A stretch of 64,000 nt of DNA, from NCBI GenBank assembly GCA_905178155.1, contig CAJINV010000001.1, positions 5,985,860-6,049,859 of the forward strand. The letters are read 5' to 3'. The DNA is from Amoebophrya sp. A120 (lineage: Eukaryota > Protista > Dinoflagellata). Below, one piece after another: positions 47,695 through 60,300 of this stretch. Made by a program: the position numbers and the translations under genes. Within the stretch, counting starts at the first letter, position 1; each line of letters opens with the position of its first letter. Below the pieces are notes generated by a model. It had not been told where the DNA came from, did no database searches, and saw only the letters and a list, made by a program, of their open reading frames with translations.

Positions 47695-50600
47695 ATGTCA
47701 AAAGGAAATCGTCGCCTGTGCGTGCCTCGGGCAGTTTCCCGGCGAATTGCGTCGCCCGCCTGGTTGCGGCTGTATGGTTTTTTTCTGTCTAGTTTGCAAT
47801 TGCATCATCACACGTGCGCTGTTGAGGCCTACACATTCAAGCGCGGCCACCAGGGCACCAGGTCCACCTTTCCTTCGAAACGTCGGCGGGCCCAAGTTTT
47901 GCAGCACAGTATCAATCGGGGTGAACAACATGGGGACCAGCAAACCGGAGCGCTTTTCAAAAAAGTGCGGAAGGTAGGAGAGCAAGAAAAAATGCAGCAG
48001 AACGGGGACGCGGGCACCGGAGATGAAGCCTTTGCGGAGATAACACGGGGACGACAGGATTATCACGCGCAGGAGGGAATAAAGAGCCAAAACCAAAAGA
48101 AAAAGCTTGTTGAACATGATCGGCACCAACAAAATGGCACAGCGTCGCAGCAAGTCGCCAGCCCCAGTGTTAAAGACTACTTTGACGTCGTGGAGAACAA
48201 GCTGTGGCAGTTGCGCCGCAAGGTACAGGAAAGCGCAAACGCCTGCAAAGCTGACCCAGACTACGAGTTCGAGCCCTCGGGCACACCGCCCGCAGATGCA
48301 CAGCTCTTCGGTAAGCTCGGGGAGTGCAATCCGACGGACGCTTGCTTCGCTATGGGAACGAAGAATGCGCGGGTCTCGTACCAGAAGGTCGCTGTCACCG
48401 ACCCCGAAGATTGTCTGTCGCGGGCGAGTATGCAAGGCAAGCGGGGCATCCATCGTGTCGTGTACAAGTTTGAAGTTTGATTTAATTACCATGTAGGTGT
48501 AAACACTACCAAGTCTCGCCAGCGGCAGCGGTATCTGTCAAGTAAGCTGTTGCATTTGCAACTACTTGTGATAGGAAGTACACGGGGTGAAGAATTGGCA
48601 GCACTGGAAAAATACGAGTTATGATACATTGCATGAACTTGAGAGTTTCACACTATGTTGCTTAGTTCTCTGTTGTATCCCAGCCTCGAATACTTGTTGC
48701 AATTTTTGCGATGCTTTTGCCCCGCTATACCTTTTGCTCGGTTGCTTCTTCACGAGTCAAAAAAGACTGCGGAGCAGGACGGCAGCACTAGCACCAAATT
48801 GTTGCGGACGCCAATCACGGAGGACGCGAAAGACGCCACAGGGTCCGATCTGGGCTTCGCAACGGTGGTACTGGAAAAACCGCTCGGCGGCGGTGCCCCC
48901 TTCGTGGCGCGGTGGCCGGTCAGCGACCAGCAGGTGAACACGAACAGCGCCGCGCCGTGGTACGTGAAGACTTTCACGAGCGGGGTTTCCAAGAGCCTGG
49001 TGATCGCCCTGGACCGGTCGGGGTCCATGGGGGAAACCGAATCGTGGGGGGATGCGCGCAAGGCTGCCGCAGCCGTGCTGAACTCCCTCGACGCCACGGA
49101 CCGGTTCTTCCTGATGACGTACCAGCACCCCGTGCAGTTTTCCGCGTTCGAGTTTGTGCACCCCACGGAGGCGCACTTAGAGGCCGCCAACCGCTGGCTG
49201 GAGCTGCAGGTCCCGATCGGGGGAGCGCACGACCGCCCCGACGCAGAGTTTGGAATCGGCACCGCGGTCGCGATCGGCACGCAGGGGGTGGTGCCGAAGG
49301 AGTGGCGCGCGAAGATCCGGGAGACCGTGAAGGACACTGACAACGACGACCGCGAGCTCCCACCGGAGCCGGCGGAGGACGACATCGGGTCAACGACGTC
49401 GTGTCCGCGCGCGGCCCTGAACCGGTGCGAGAAAACAGTCGTGCTGGTGATGTCCGACGAGAACTTTCCGCCAAGCCACCTTGACGACCCCAAATACGGC
49501 AGCTGGCTGCGGGAGGGGCTCCTGGGCGCCACCGCGAAGCTCGCCGAGGGAGAGGACCCCGCGGTGCATTTGAACGTGTACCGGTTCCAGGCCGCGCTCC
49601 GGGACGAAGTGCCCACCGTGGCCGGGCCGTACCAGAGCATCGTCGCCCACTACGACGGCCAGGCGGAGGTGGTCACGGGACACGCGGGCGACCTGGCGGA
49701 ACGCATGGCCCGCTACTGGCGCAAACTGCTAGCCGGCACGGGCGCCGGCGCGGCGCGGGTGGTTTGGACCGCGCACGAGGACGCGGAAGGCCGCCACCTC
49801 ACCGCGTGCGTGCCGTTGGCAAGTGACTACTTCGCTGCTCCCGCCGACCCGACGATGTCCTCGGCGGGGGGACCGCTTCCCCCCGGATTGGTGTGCGTCG
49901 ATCCCCGGGCCGTGCTGTCTCTCAGCATGGTGCAGCTGCAGTGCCAGGACGGGTTCGCGGAGGAGCTTTCGAAACGGCTGACCGGCGGCGGGGCGTGCGA
50001 CGTGCGGGAGCAAAAGGAGCGTCGCGAGCGGTACTGCAAAAATCTGTCGGCGGCGCTGGCGGAGGAGAAAAGCTATCTGACGCAGGTGTACGATTTTCTG
50101 ATCAGCATGAAGGATCTCGAGTGGTCCGCGAAAACGTTGTCCGAGGCCATGGCGAGTGCGCTCACGCTGGTACCGTGCTACGGCTGCGACGTGGACACTG
50201 AGACGACCGCGGAGATGGACGAGCAACTGCAGCAGCACGCGTCGCAGCCGGGAGAAGTCTTTTACTACACACGCTCCTGCCCGGAGGCGAGCACGGGGCA
50301 GTGCTCGGAGCGGCTGGAAGTGGAATGGCGGAAATCATATCCGAGCCCCGACCTGTACAACGAGAGAGTGAACGGCACTTCCGGAGATCTTCATGGGGCG
50401 ATGTCGGCTGAACACGACGTCAACCACATCCTACCCCAGGTAACGACCCTTCCGGGAAATCAGACGTGCGAAAAATCGCGGCCACCCGTGCCGCCACTGG
50501 TGCCTAATGTGGAGGTGAACGACGAGCTGGAAAAAATCGACGTGAACTGGGACGACACGTACAAAGAGGAGCCAGTGGAGAAGGATTCTCCTGTTCCTTC

Positions 50601-52992
50601 CGACGAGCACGACGATTCCGATTTGTGGGCCCGGATTCTTGCGGGCCTCGCGCTGCTGTTCGCGCTTTTGCTGCTGCTGTTGGCGTTCTTGTGCCCTCGG
50701 AACAACGACCAGGAAGACGACCCGGACCTAGCCTCGGGCGGTAAGGCGGACCGCGGTGGTGGAGACGACAAGAAGGTGCGACAGTCCTTGTCTCCCGCCG
50801 CGGCGGATCGATTGAGCAAGGGCGAGGGCAATCCTCGTGCGTCGTTGGTCGGGGAGGCGCTCGCGTACGACTTTGGCGTTGTGGAGACCGCACTTTTGAC
50901 GGCGGGCCTCTCCCGGGGCTTTGCCAAAAAGCTGGCCGAGCAAATCACCGACCGAGCGGTGGAGGAGGAGGCGGAGCTGCTGAAGCCGGAGGACGAGAAG
51001 GATTTGGCGATCCTGGCCCGACTAGGCCTGGACTTCGGCGAGCCGGAGGAGGTAGGCCGGTTTCGCGGGTTTCTGGCGGCGGTCGCCAACGCACAGGCAG
51101 CGCGTTCCCGGCCGGAGCCAACCCTGCGGGCGTGCCCGCTGGAGGAGGCGCGCGCCCGCTTCCTGACGGCGGGATTCTCGGAGGAGACGGCCGGCTTTCT
51201 CGCGGCGTCCATGGGAAAGAAAGCCCGGGAGGCCGAGGTCGCCCTGGCGCTCTCGGCGGAAGAGAAAAAGGAGCTGCGCGCGGAGGGGCGGGACCTGGAG
51301 CTTCTCGGCGAAGTGGAACGGACACAGGGGTTTTATGGCTTCGCGTACCACCCGGGAAAGGGGAAAAAACCGCACGGCCGGATGGAGGCGTGCACCGTGG
51401 ACGAGGCCCTGGACCGGCTCCTGGAGAAGGGATTTTCGGACGACGCCGCGAACTACCTGGCGAAAACCTTCGTGAAGAAAACCGAGGCGGTAGAGACCGG
51501 GCTTTCGCTCTCCGCGGACGACCGGCGCGAGCTTGGTGCCCAGGGGAAAGACTTGAAGCTACTCGACAAGCTCGAGCGAGCCCATGCGTTCGCGGGGTTC
51601 GTTTATGTTCACGAGTACACAACATCAACAAAAGGCGAGAAGAGCCCGACCGTGCAGACGCTCACGGTGGAGCAGGCCCGGGACCGGTTTCTGGACGCCG
51701 GCTTCTCCAAGAAGGTTGCCGGTCTGCTCGCGAAGAAACTGGTGGCGAAAGCGGCCAAAAAGGGGCTAAATCTCGTGCTTTCGGCAGCCGAGCGGGAGGC
51801 CCTCGGTGCGGAGGGGCGCGACCTCGACATTCTCGCGGACATGGAGCGAACGCAGGGGTGGGCGGGCATCGCGTACAAGCAAGGGCAGAGGGGCCCGCCG
51901 GCGGTGGAGGTGTGCACGGAGGAGGAGATGCGTACCCGCCTGGTGCAGGCCGGATTCACCGAGAAGACCGCGGGCGTGTTGGCCGTTAAACTGGCGGAGA
52001 AGGCCCGAAAAGTGGACCTGTCGCTGTCCGCGAAAGAGCAGGCGCAGGTGCTAGGCAAAACGGCCCGAACGCGGGACCGGATGTTGATGGCCCAGCTCGA
52101 GCGGGACGACTGGCTGGGCTTTGCTTACGCGGTCGAGGCACCCCCGGCAATCGATCTGGGCGCAATCGCCGAGCCTGCGTTCGGCGGGACCGAACACGCG
52201 CTTGCGGTTTCGTTCTTCAAGAAGATGATGCCGCCCCGGAAGGTCCGTGCCGGCGGCAAAGAGAAGAGTGCACGACGAGAGACAAAGAAGAGCGCACAGA
52301 TGACTTCGTCAGTCAAAAGGATGAGTGGAATCAAACTGCAGGAGACTACTTCCGGCGGGAAGGACACCAGCAGTTCTGCGGGAGAAGATGGGGAAGACGC
52401 ACCGCACGGAGGCAAGAAGAGTGGCAAGGCCACAGCATCCAAAAAAAGCGGGAAGCAAGGAACTTCCAGCGAAAATAAGGACACCGCGACCAGTTCTGCG
52501 GAAGAAGATGAGGAACAAGCCCCACGAGCAGGTAAGAAGAGTGCCAAGGCCACCTCATCCAAAAAAGGCGGAGGCAGAGCAAACAAACAGGCGGCAGCGC
52601 TGCCGCCCGGACTGCTCGGCAAGGCGGAGGAGGCGCTGCAGGCCATCGGGTTTACGCGTCGGCAGGCAGCCGTGCTCGGGCAAAAAATTGCCGGCACCGC
52701 GGAAGACGCGCTCGGGTCCGACGCCTTTTTGCTGACGGAAGACGAGAAGCGTGTTGCGACGGATGGCTTGAGCGGGGCCACTATCCATGACTTGGAGGAC
52801 TTGGTTGCCGAGCTGGTCCACCAAAAAGCGGATTTTTTCAAAGAGTACCTTGAAAACGCGGACGGCAACATCACTTCGGGCCAAGATAAATCGGCAGAAC
52901 CGCTCTCCCTTCTGGCAGACACCGTTTTAGACCCCAACAAAAAGACGAAGGGGAAACCAAAGAAGCGCGCCGGCGCGGCGGCAAAAAAATAG
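47695..52992 (+). CDS. Cache-VWA membrane protein, array copy 3; two exons
   Basis: Exons 47695-48427 and 48734-52992. APWYVKTFTSGVSKSLVIALDRSGSM, TM ILAGLALLFALLLLLLAFLC, helical repeats and the conserved C-terminal ALPPGLLG.AE.ALQAIGFTRRQA domain. Confidence 0.87.
48428..48733 (+). mobile_element. Decayed introner
   Basis: G-TAT...ATA-CCTT with residual AGCGGGGCA/TGCCCCGCT. Join CLSRA^IARLLLHES matches CLERAIAGLFLEES in copy 2. Confidence 0.8.
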
Positions 52993-54384
52993 GATTAAGT
53001 AGCAGAGCCAGAGCGTCAACGTAGTTTAGTACTCCACTACGGAACTAGAAAGTAAGGTGTGCTTCAAATAGAAACTCGCATTTTCACCCCCAGGAGGTGT
53101 CCTGTCAGCGCCTGGCCAGAATGAAAAAAAATAAGTGAGTAGTTACTACCTAGATTCTCACTTGATAGGCCACTCAATCTCGATACGAATACTACTTGTA
53201 AGATCGTACTAACACTTCCGTGTAGCAGTACCAGCGGCACTCCTCACCCCTGTAATTGGATAGGCATGGTGTGAGGCTCAAGATGACGGTTACTGTTGCA
53301 TTTGTTTTTCCCTTGCACTCGCTCTTCTCGGGTTGACGACTCACTACAAAAAGTCGAAGCGATGGAGATGTTGTAGTGGTAGCCGCGGTTGATCAAATCT
53401 GAAAGTGCCAAATTTAATACCTCAGAGGCAAGGAGAACAAAAGCTGTATAATCCCGACCGTTTTTATTGATTAGCAAGAAGAAAGTCGAAGTGGAGGTCT
53501 ACGTCCAGGAGGATCAAAGAAAAGAGACGGACCACCAAGATCCGTGTCACCGCAGGTGTTTGTGTTTCCCGTCGAGAGGAGGACCAATTAACTTACACTT
53601 TAAACGTAAAGTCAACAAGTACCGAGGTGGTTCTGGTCCTCCATGTCTAGGTAGATGAAGTACGCAGCGCGTCTTTGATTCGGTCCTATTTGCACCTAGC
53701 TGTAGCTTTCCATAGTTTGCATTCGTGCTTCTGCTTTTGGTGTTGTTTTTCTGATCGCGATTTCGTCCTCGTGCACCTGCCAACTCCGTTCCACACGCTT
53801 GTCGTACGTACCGTCGTCTTGATCGTCGTGTTGATCGTCGTGTTAAATTACATCGTGTTGCCTTCTGTGATAGTAATTCCAATTTCGTGCTGGTGCTTCC
53901 GGATCCGGACATCTTTCTGCGCGTCCACTGATGAAGTTGTCTGAACTTGATGGCTGCCCAGGAATAATATTCTCTCCCTAAGTAGTACTTACTATCCTCC
54001 ACTTCTAGAGACAATTACAGTTTCATCCCTAACCCCTTAAAGGTAGTCGATGCATCGTTCCAAGCATCATGTCTGTATAGGTGAAAGTATTTGAAATAAA
54101 AAACAAGTATGTCTTCTCGTTCTGTGCTCTATTGAAGGATTTTGGCTACCGACTTCCCCGGATTCCACTGTTGGTCTTACTGTTCGAAACAAAGAAAAAA
54201 AGAGTAGTGCGCTCACTGCCTTGTGGTACGAACGTATTTAGTAAGTAAAACTAATACACGCACACATCACTAGCACTACTCAGCTGCAGTGCCAGGGAGC
54301 TGCCTCTTCAGAAGCACCGACGGCCGCCAGGACGATCATCGCCACTCTGGGAGATTCCGCTGCGACCTGGTTTTACCGAAACCG

Positions 54385-57300
54385 ATGATGTCTTTATCTA
54401 GCCTCATTTGTTTGGTAGCTGTCGCTGTTCACCTGGGCGGTGGTTCTCTATGGGTCTTCGATTTTTTTGTTGATCAGAGCCGGACGAGGACGAGGTTTGC
54501 GAGTGTTGCGGCCTACACGTTTCACGTTGCAAACACGAGAAATATGCGATCGTCCGAGCCGCGGCTCGGGAAGGTTGGCCATAAGAAGGGTGACAACCTG
54601 CGTCATGATGTTTCCGGGCCAGTCTCCATTTTTCAAAAAGGCAAGCGGCGAAAGCAGGCTGAGCGACAGCAGCGGAAGACGACTCTGAAACCGGCACCGC
54701 AGGGGCGCCGAACAGAAAAACGTCTCCGTGCTCAAGATGTGGAGGAGGTGCTTGCCCGTCGTCTGGACTCCGCAGCCGCGGAAGGTATCAGACTTGACAA
54801 CTTGGCCCGCTGCTGCCTCCTTCGGGGTATCAACAGGCAATTATGTTGCATGAGAGCAGGAAATTTCAATTTTCAATTTATTTAGACCACTATGTTGTCT
54901 TGCAAAGCAAATTGAACGAAACGCAAGACGGGGCCTACGCCTACGTGGCTCGTTTCTAGTCGGCTTGCATGAAAGATCGTTGTGCAATAGATAAGCAAAG
55001 CGACCCACACACGTTGCTTCCATTGCTATCTATATCAATTTTGGTTCGAAGTGATTCATTGGGGGGGATGAGGGCCGGGATTTGTCAAACAGTATAGAGT
55101 ACGAGGAAGGACTGGACATGGACAAACGCAGGTCCCGAGAGAGCTTTCTTGAGCAAAAACAAGGGCTAGACGATCTTGACGAAGCGCAGGCAACAGCGAT
55201 GCCAGTAATGGCAACGAAAGACACAAGGAACACGAAGCCGCAATCCGGTTCAGCGTTCATCGCACAGGAAATACAGCGGGGTCGGACTGGGACGACCGTA
55301 AATGAGCGGATGAAGGCCACAGAGACAGAAGGATCAGGAAAAACCGGCACGAGGAGGACCCGCGCGGCCAGTGGTGCCACCCCTGTGGCGGATTTCCTTG
55401 CACAGGTCGAGAGTAATCTGAAGGGTTTACGGGACAAAATCGTCGAGGAAGTCGCAACACAGTGCGCGGAGGATTCAAGTGAGGACTTTGAATTTGATGG
55501 TATAGCATCGAGTTTGGAAAATCTGGGTGAATGTGGGAGTGACCAATCCTGTTTCGAGATCAAGAACGGTGTTCAAGTAAGCTACAGTCATGTGGGCGTG
55601 CAGAATGCAGCAGCCAGTGGGGCAAACACGAAAAAGTACTGTCTGCAGCGGGGAATTGCGGACCTTTTTCTGCGGGAGTCGCGAAGCACAGCGAGTGGAA
55701 AGCTGCTGAGGAGCCCCATCACAAATGCGAACAAGGACGAGCCAAGCGCTGATTTGGGGTTTGCATCCGTCGTGCTGGAGCCGATTGCGGCCGGTTCGGC
55801 AAACGACCAGGTGATGGTCCGTTGGCCGCTCAGCAGCCACGCGCCTGACATGACCAGCGCTCCGTGGTACGTGCGCACGCTGACCCGCGGGGTTACGAAA
55901 AACGTGTTGATTGCGCTGGATCGGTCCGGATCCATGGACAGCACAGACTCCTGGGGGCACGCGGAAACTGCTGCCAGGCGCGTGCTGGAATCCCTGGGAG
56001 TCACGGATCGCTTTCTAGTGATGACCTACCAACATCCCGTGCAATTTTCTGCGTTTGAGTTTGTGCACGCGACCCAGGAGCATGTCGACGCCGCAAAACA
56101 ATGGCTGGCTGGCATTGTACCAGGCCTCGGGGCTGGTACTGTTGCGGCGAGCGATGATGTTAATGGCGAGGCGCACTCCCGGCCCGACGCGGAATATGGG
56201 ATAGGAGCGGCTATCGTAGTGGGGACGTTGGGTGTGGTCCCGGATTCGTGGCAACAGAAAATCAAGAACAGTGTTGCGGTCGGCCAAGCGGAACGGCAGG
56301 CGGCTTCCCTTGATGTGCCCCCCCACAGGATCGACCTGCCGCCATTTCCGGTGCCACTGACAGACCAGGTGGGTGACTGTCGGCGTGCTGTGGCTACAAG
56401 TTGCGAGGAGACTCTAGTCTTGCTCATGACGGACGAAAACTTTTCCTCCACACAATACAACCATAAATTTGGCAAGTGGTTAAGCCATCTCCTTGGTGCG
56501 ACTACGACAGTGGATCTGGACAGCGGTGCTGACACAACACCAGATTCCCCCGCCGTCCGGATGAACATATACCGTTTCGATACATCACAGTTCGGCACGC
56601 CCTCTGTGGACGGTCCGTTCCAAGCTATTCAGTGCAAAAAAGATATTTGTATCTAAGATCGAAATAGTAATAGTAGGAGGTAAGTCTAAGTGCAAGAACA
56701 ACGCTATGGAAAAAAAAGGCTTCGCTTTCGCTAGCATGACGAGGGCCCGATGTCCGGTATGTATTTAAGTACATAGTTCGAATGCAGCGAAGATGTTGAC
56801 GGATAAGATCGGATCAGCGAGGCCATTTGCGTTTTATTTCCCTGGTCATTATTTGGAAGGACGCTGCTGCTGCGAGACCTAGTTCGGCAGGCAACAAACA
56901 AGGTAGCTAAAGCGAAAATTGGTATTTCGATCTAGATTCAGAGACGTGCGCATTTGATAAGAGACATTGTCGAGCAGTTCCATGGTGAGGCAGAGGTTGT
57001 ACAAAGACAAGGAGATTTACTCGGGGAGCGCATGGCGACCTACTGGCGAAACCTGATTTCGCAAGGCGAAGATAGCGGGGTTGTGTGGACTTCGCACGAG
57101 GATGAAGTCGAAGGCTACCACCTCACAGCTTGCGCACAACTGAATGTTTTCAATGGAGCGTTACGTGGCGTGGTATGTGTGGATCCTCGAGCAGCGCTTT
57201 CGCTAAGCCTCCAACAGCTGCACTGCATGGACGATTTTGCGGATGCAATGAGTGAAAAATTGTCTAGCACCGCCTGCAGTATTGCAACGCAGGCCACGAC

Positions 57301-60300
57301 GCGGCAGACGTACTGCGACAATTTGACGAGCTACGTTGCCCCTGTTGCTCAGACGGAGCTTCGGGTCCAGGATTTTGTTGCTTGGACCTACCTTCGTTCT
57401 CAGGGCGAGACGAACTTGGTGAACCTCCTCAAAGACGCTGTCTCCGTGATTCCCTGTGGGCCTGGTGATCTGGGGCAGTGCTCTGGGTATCAAGCGGGTG
57501 CAGGTAATATACAAGGCTACGGGTATTCTCTGCAAATTATACGTCCGGGTTAGGGAAGTAAGTACATATTTTTGTCATGCCACCTTCCGAGGATAGACAT
57601 AGAAATACAAATAGATGAACAAAATAGACTTTCCTGTACTTGGCGTGTTACGAGGCGTCTGATGAAAGTGGTGACGTAGTTCTAGTTAGTTACACGAAAG
57701 TAGGAAAAGACGAAACTTGGACAAGTCAGTGGAGTGCCGCTACCCTACGTGCACTCCGCTTGATAAAAAGCCAACATCAGTACTATTCACAGTCTTGTGG
57801 CTAGTTGTTCCCCTTTGCATCGTAAACACGCGATGAAGCAGCGCACTGCTGCTGCTTGTGCATCATCTAGCTACGCAGATTCTCATCAACTCCTCCAGAT
57901 TGCATGTGAAATAGGCAAAGCTCAAGCTGCGCAAATTTCCCTGACCCTCACGGATTGCCCCCTCATACCGCGCAGCGCACCTTTGTGTATCCATCGAAGG
58001 ACCTGTTTTCCACTACGCAAATAGAAACGCGCGCACGCCCTTGTCCGCCACAGCTGCAGTAGGCACAGACAGGAACTCTCTTTGCCTGGCATTATTTCTT
58101 GAAAAATGTTCATGTTGGGCATGGTAATGTTACAACTGCCTCTTATTTCAACTTTTCCGCGCCATCACTCAATCATCATGCACCTCCACCAGTGACATTG
58201 CAATGATAATTCTAATTGTAGGCAGCAGCGCAAGTGGAACACTGAGGATAATTTATTGCCGCCTGCCGTGCACGGGAAGTGGAAGTCAAATGAGCTAAGT
58301 AGAAGATGTTGAAAACGAAAAGCAACTGTTGCTGCTGCAGCGACTAAGTTCGTTGCGCGCTTGAAAGCATTGCTGGTCGGCGAGCCAAGCGGGCGCCTTC
58401 GATTATGGCACGACTTTATTCATGCTTGATATTTATGAGTATCACATCAGGCAAAGGCGTGCAGTTGCCACATCTGGACAGGTGTCCGCACAGCTCCCCC
58501 CTAGTCGGGTGCCAGTCTGCGAAGCGCAGCTATTGTGCAGCTGTCGACCGAGGGTTTGAGTAAGAGGCTCAGGTGGGCCACCGAATTCCAGATCGAAAAA
58601 GTGAAAATCCGAATGGCAAAACATAGGCAGAAAAGTGTTTCCTTCCAACTCAAACTGTCTGCATCAGCAATGTTCCGACTGTTGTGGCTTGCAGCGTAGG
58701 AAGTGGCGTGCGCTTTTCCCCACGATATTCGCCGGCGGAGAAAACTACGACCACCATCAGAACACAGGGCCTTCCGGCGTGTGTCCTCCGCCTGTATGAA
58801 TTGCAAAAGTTGTGTCTGGGTCTGGAAGATTGCAACTTGTGATGCTACATTTGGATACTACAAAAATCTGTATTGCGTGAACAGTAAAGGAGGTCCAGTT
58901 TTTGCCACGGCGAGAGGGTATTTCTCATGCGGTATTAGGCATCAGGAAGCCCTCACAGAATGAATCTGTGATGCTAGGGCATGCATCACAGACGTCAAGA
59001 CTCATGCAAACTGTGCTTGACAAACCTTGCATCCTTCCAGACCCAGACATTTTTGCAATCCATAGCCTGTCTGCCTGTGCAACAACGGAGATGTCAACGA
59101 GACACCTTCATCCTGTACCAAGAATGGGCACCAGAACTGCCAGTCTTGCCACTCGGGATACGAACCGCGAAGTGGCTGGCCGTCGGCGCAAGAAACGGGC
59201 TGTCATCCTGTTTGTGGAGGCATGCAAGAATGCCCAGCCCCGGATTCCACCGGCGCGTACCACATTCGGGATGATTCGAAGCCAGCCACGGCGTGGTGCG
59301 ATATGCAGGACGACGTTGCGCTGGTTCTCGGCGGCATGAGCCAGCCGGATAGCACGGCACAAAGCGCCTGTCAAACTACCTGCTGCATAAAAGGATGCAA
59401 GATACCGGCTCAGCAGTAAGACTGGCTTTTTTTTTACTTCGATTATGAATTCATTTTCATTCATTCATGCAGGTGTAGAAGTAGTATTCTGACTCGCAAG
59501 TGCAAGAAGACTCAGAACCCCTATAAAATACAACATACGACGCGTACATTTGCAGCGCATGCGACCCCGGATTTCACCCGACCGATAACGGTACGGCGTG
59601 CGCAGAAAACGTCTGTGCGTGCGAAAACGGCAGCCCTTTGAAGGGACCGCCGATCTGCGCGGTAAACGGGGTGACGCCGGGATGCGCTACTTGCGACGAC
59701 CCGACGTTTGAGCTCATTGACAACACCTGCGTCGCACCGGGCACGACAGCAACACCAAACACTACTGGTGGTTTTTGCATCCAACCGGGCGGTGGATCAG
59801 GCAGTGTCGATGTTGCCTACAATCTCTCTGCGGTTGTGGACTGGGTCGGGTTTCTGTCTTCCCCTGCTATGCAGCCCCCGATGACCGCCGACGCGGGAGA
59901 AATACTTGGGAACGCCTCGTGCGCAGTAGGTTTTGCGGGAGAGCCTACGTTTTGGTGCGCGAACGCCAGTGAGGAGGTGCTGATGACGGGTTGCGCGGCC
60001 GCGCACGTGGTCGTGACGGAGGAGCCTACTGATAATGTAACGCTCACAACCGCACCGCAGGTCGAGCCGGAGCCGAACGCGACCGACACCGAGGGCGGCA
60101 CCCTGGCGGCCCCCCTAATCGGCGGGGGTGCTGGACTTCTCCTCCTGCTCCTCCTGCTGCTTCTGTTTCTGATGAGTTGCGGCGCGGTGGCGGCGGACGA
60201 CGAGGAGGAGCTCGAGGAGGAGGAAGAGGAAGACGCCCGGTGGGATTACAACCCGGAAGTCGAGGCGATCGGGCTCGACTTTGGCGACTGCGAGACGGCT

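Noticed and set aside
54026-54041. Telomere-like CCCTAACCCCTTAAA
   Set aside because: Only about two imperfect units, not an array.
57488-58630. Applying the TAT...ATA rule to this intron and to ~29683-29953
   Set aside because: The most obvious end pairs give the wrong phase. Boundaries are unresolved (possibly extra small exons or nested elements), so these were not counted as supporting the rule.
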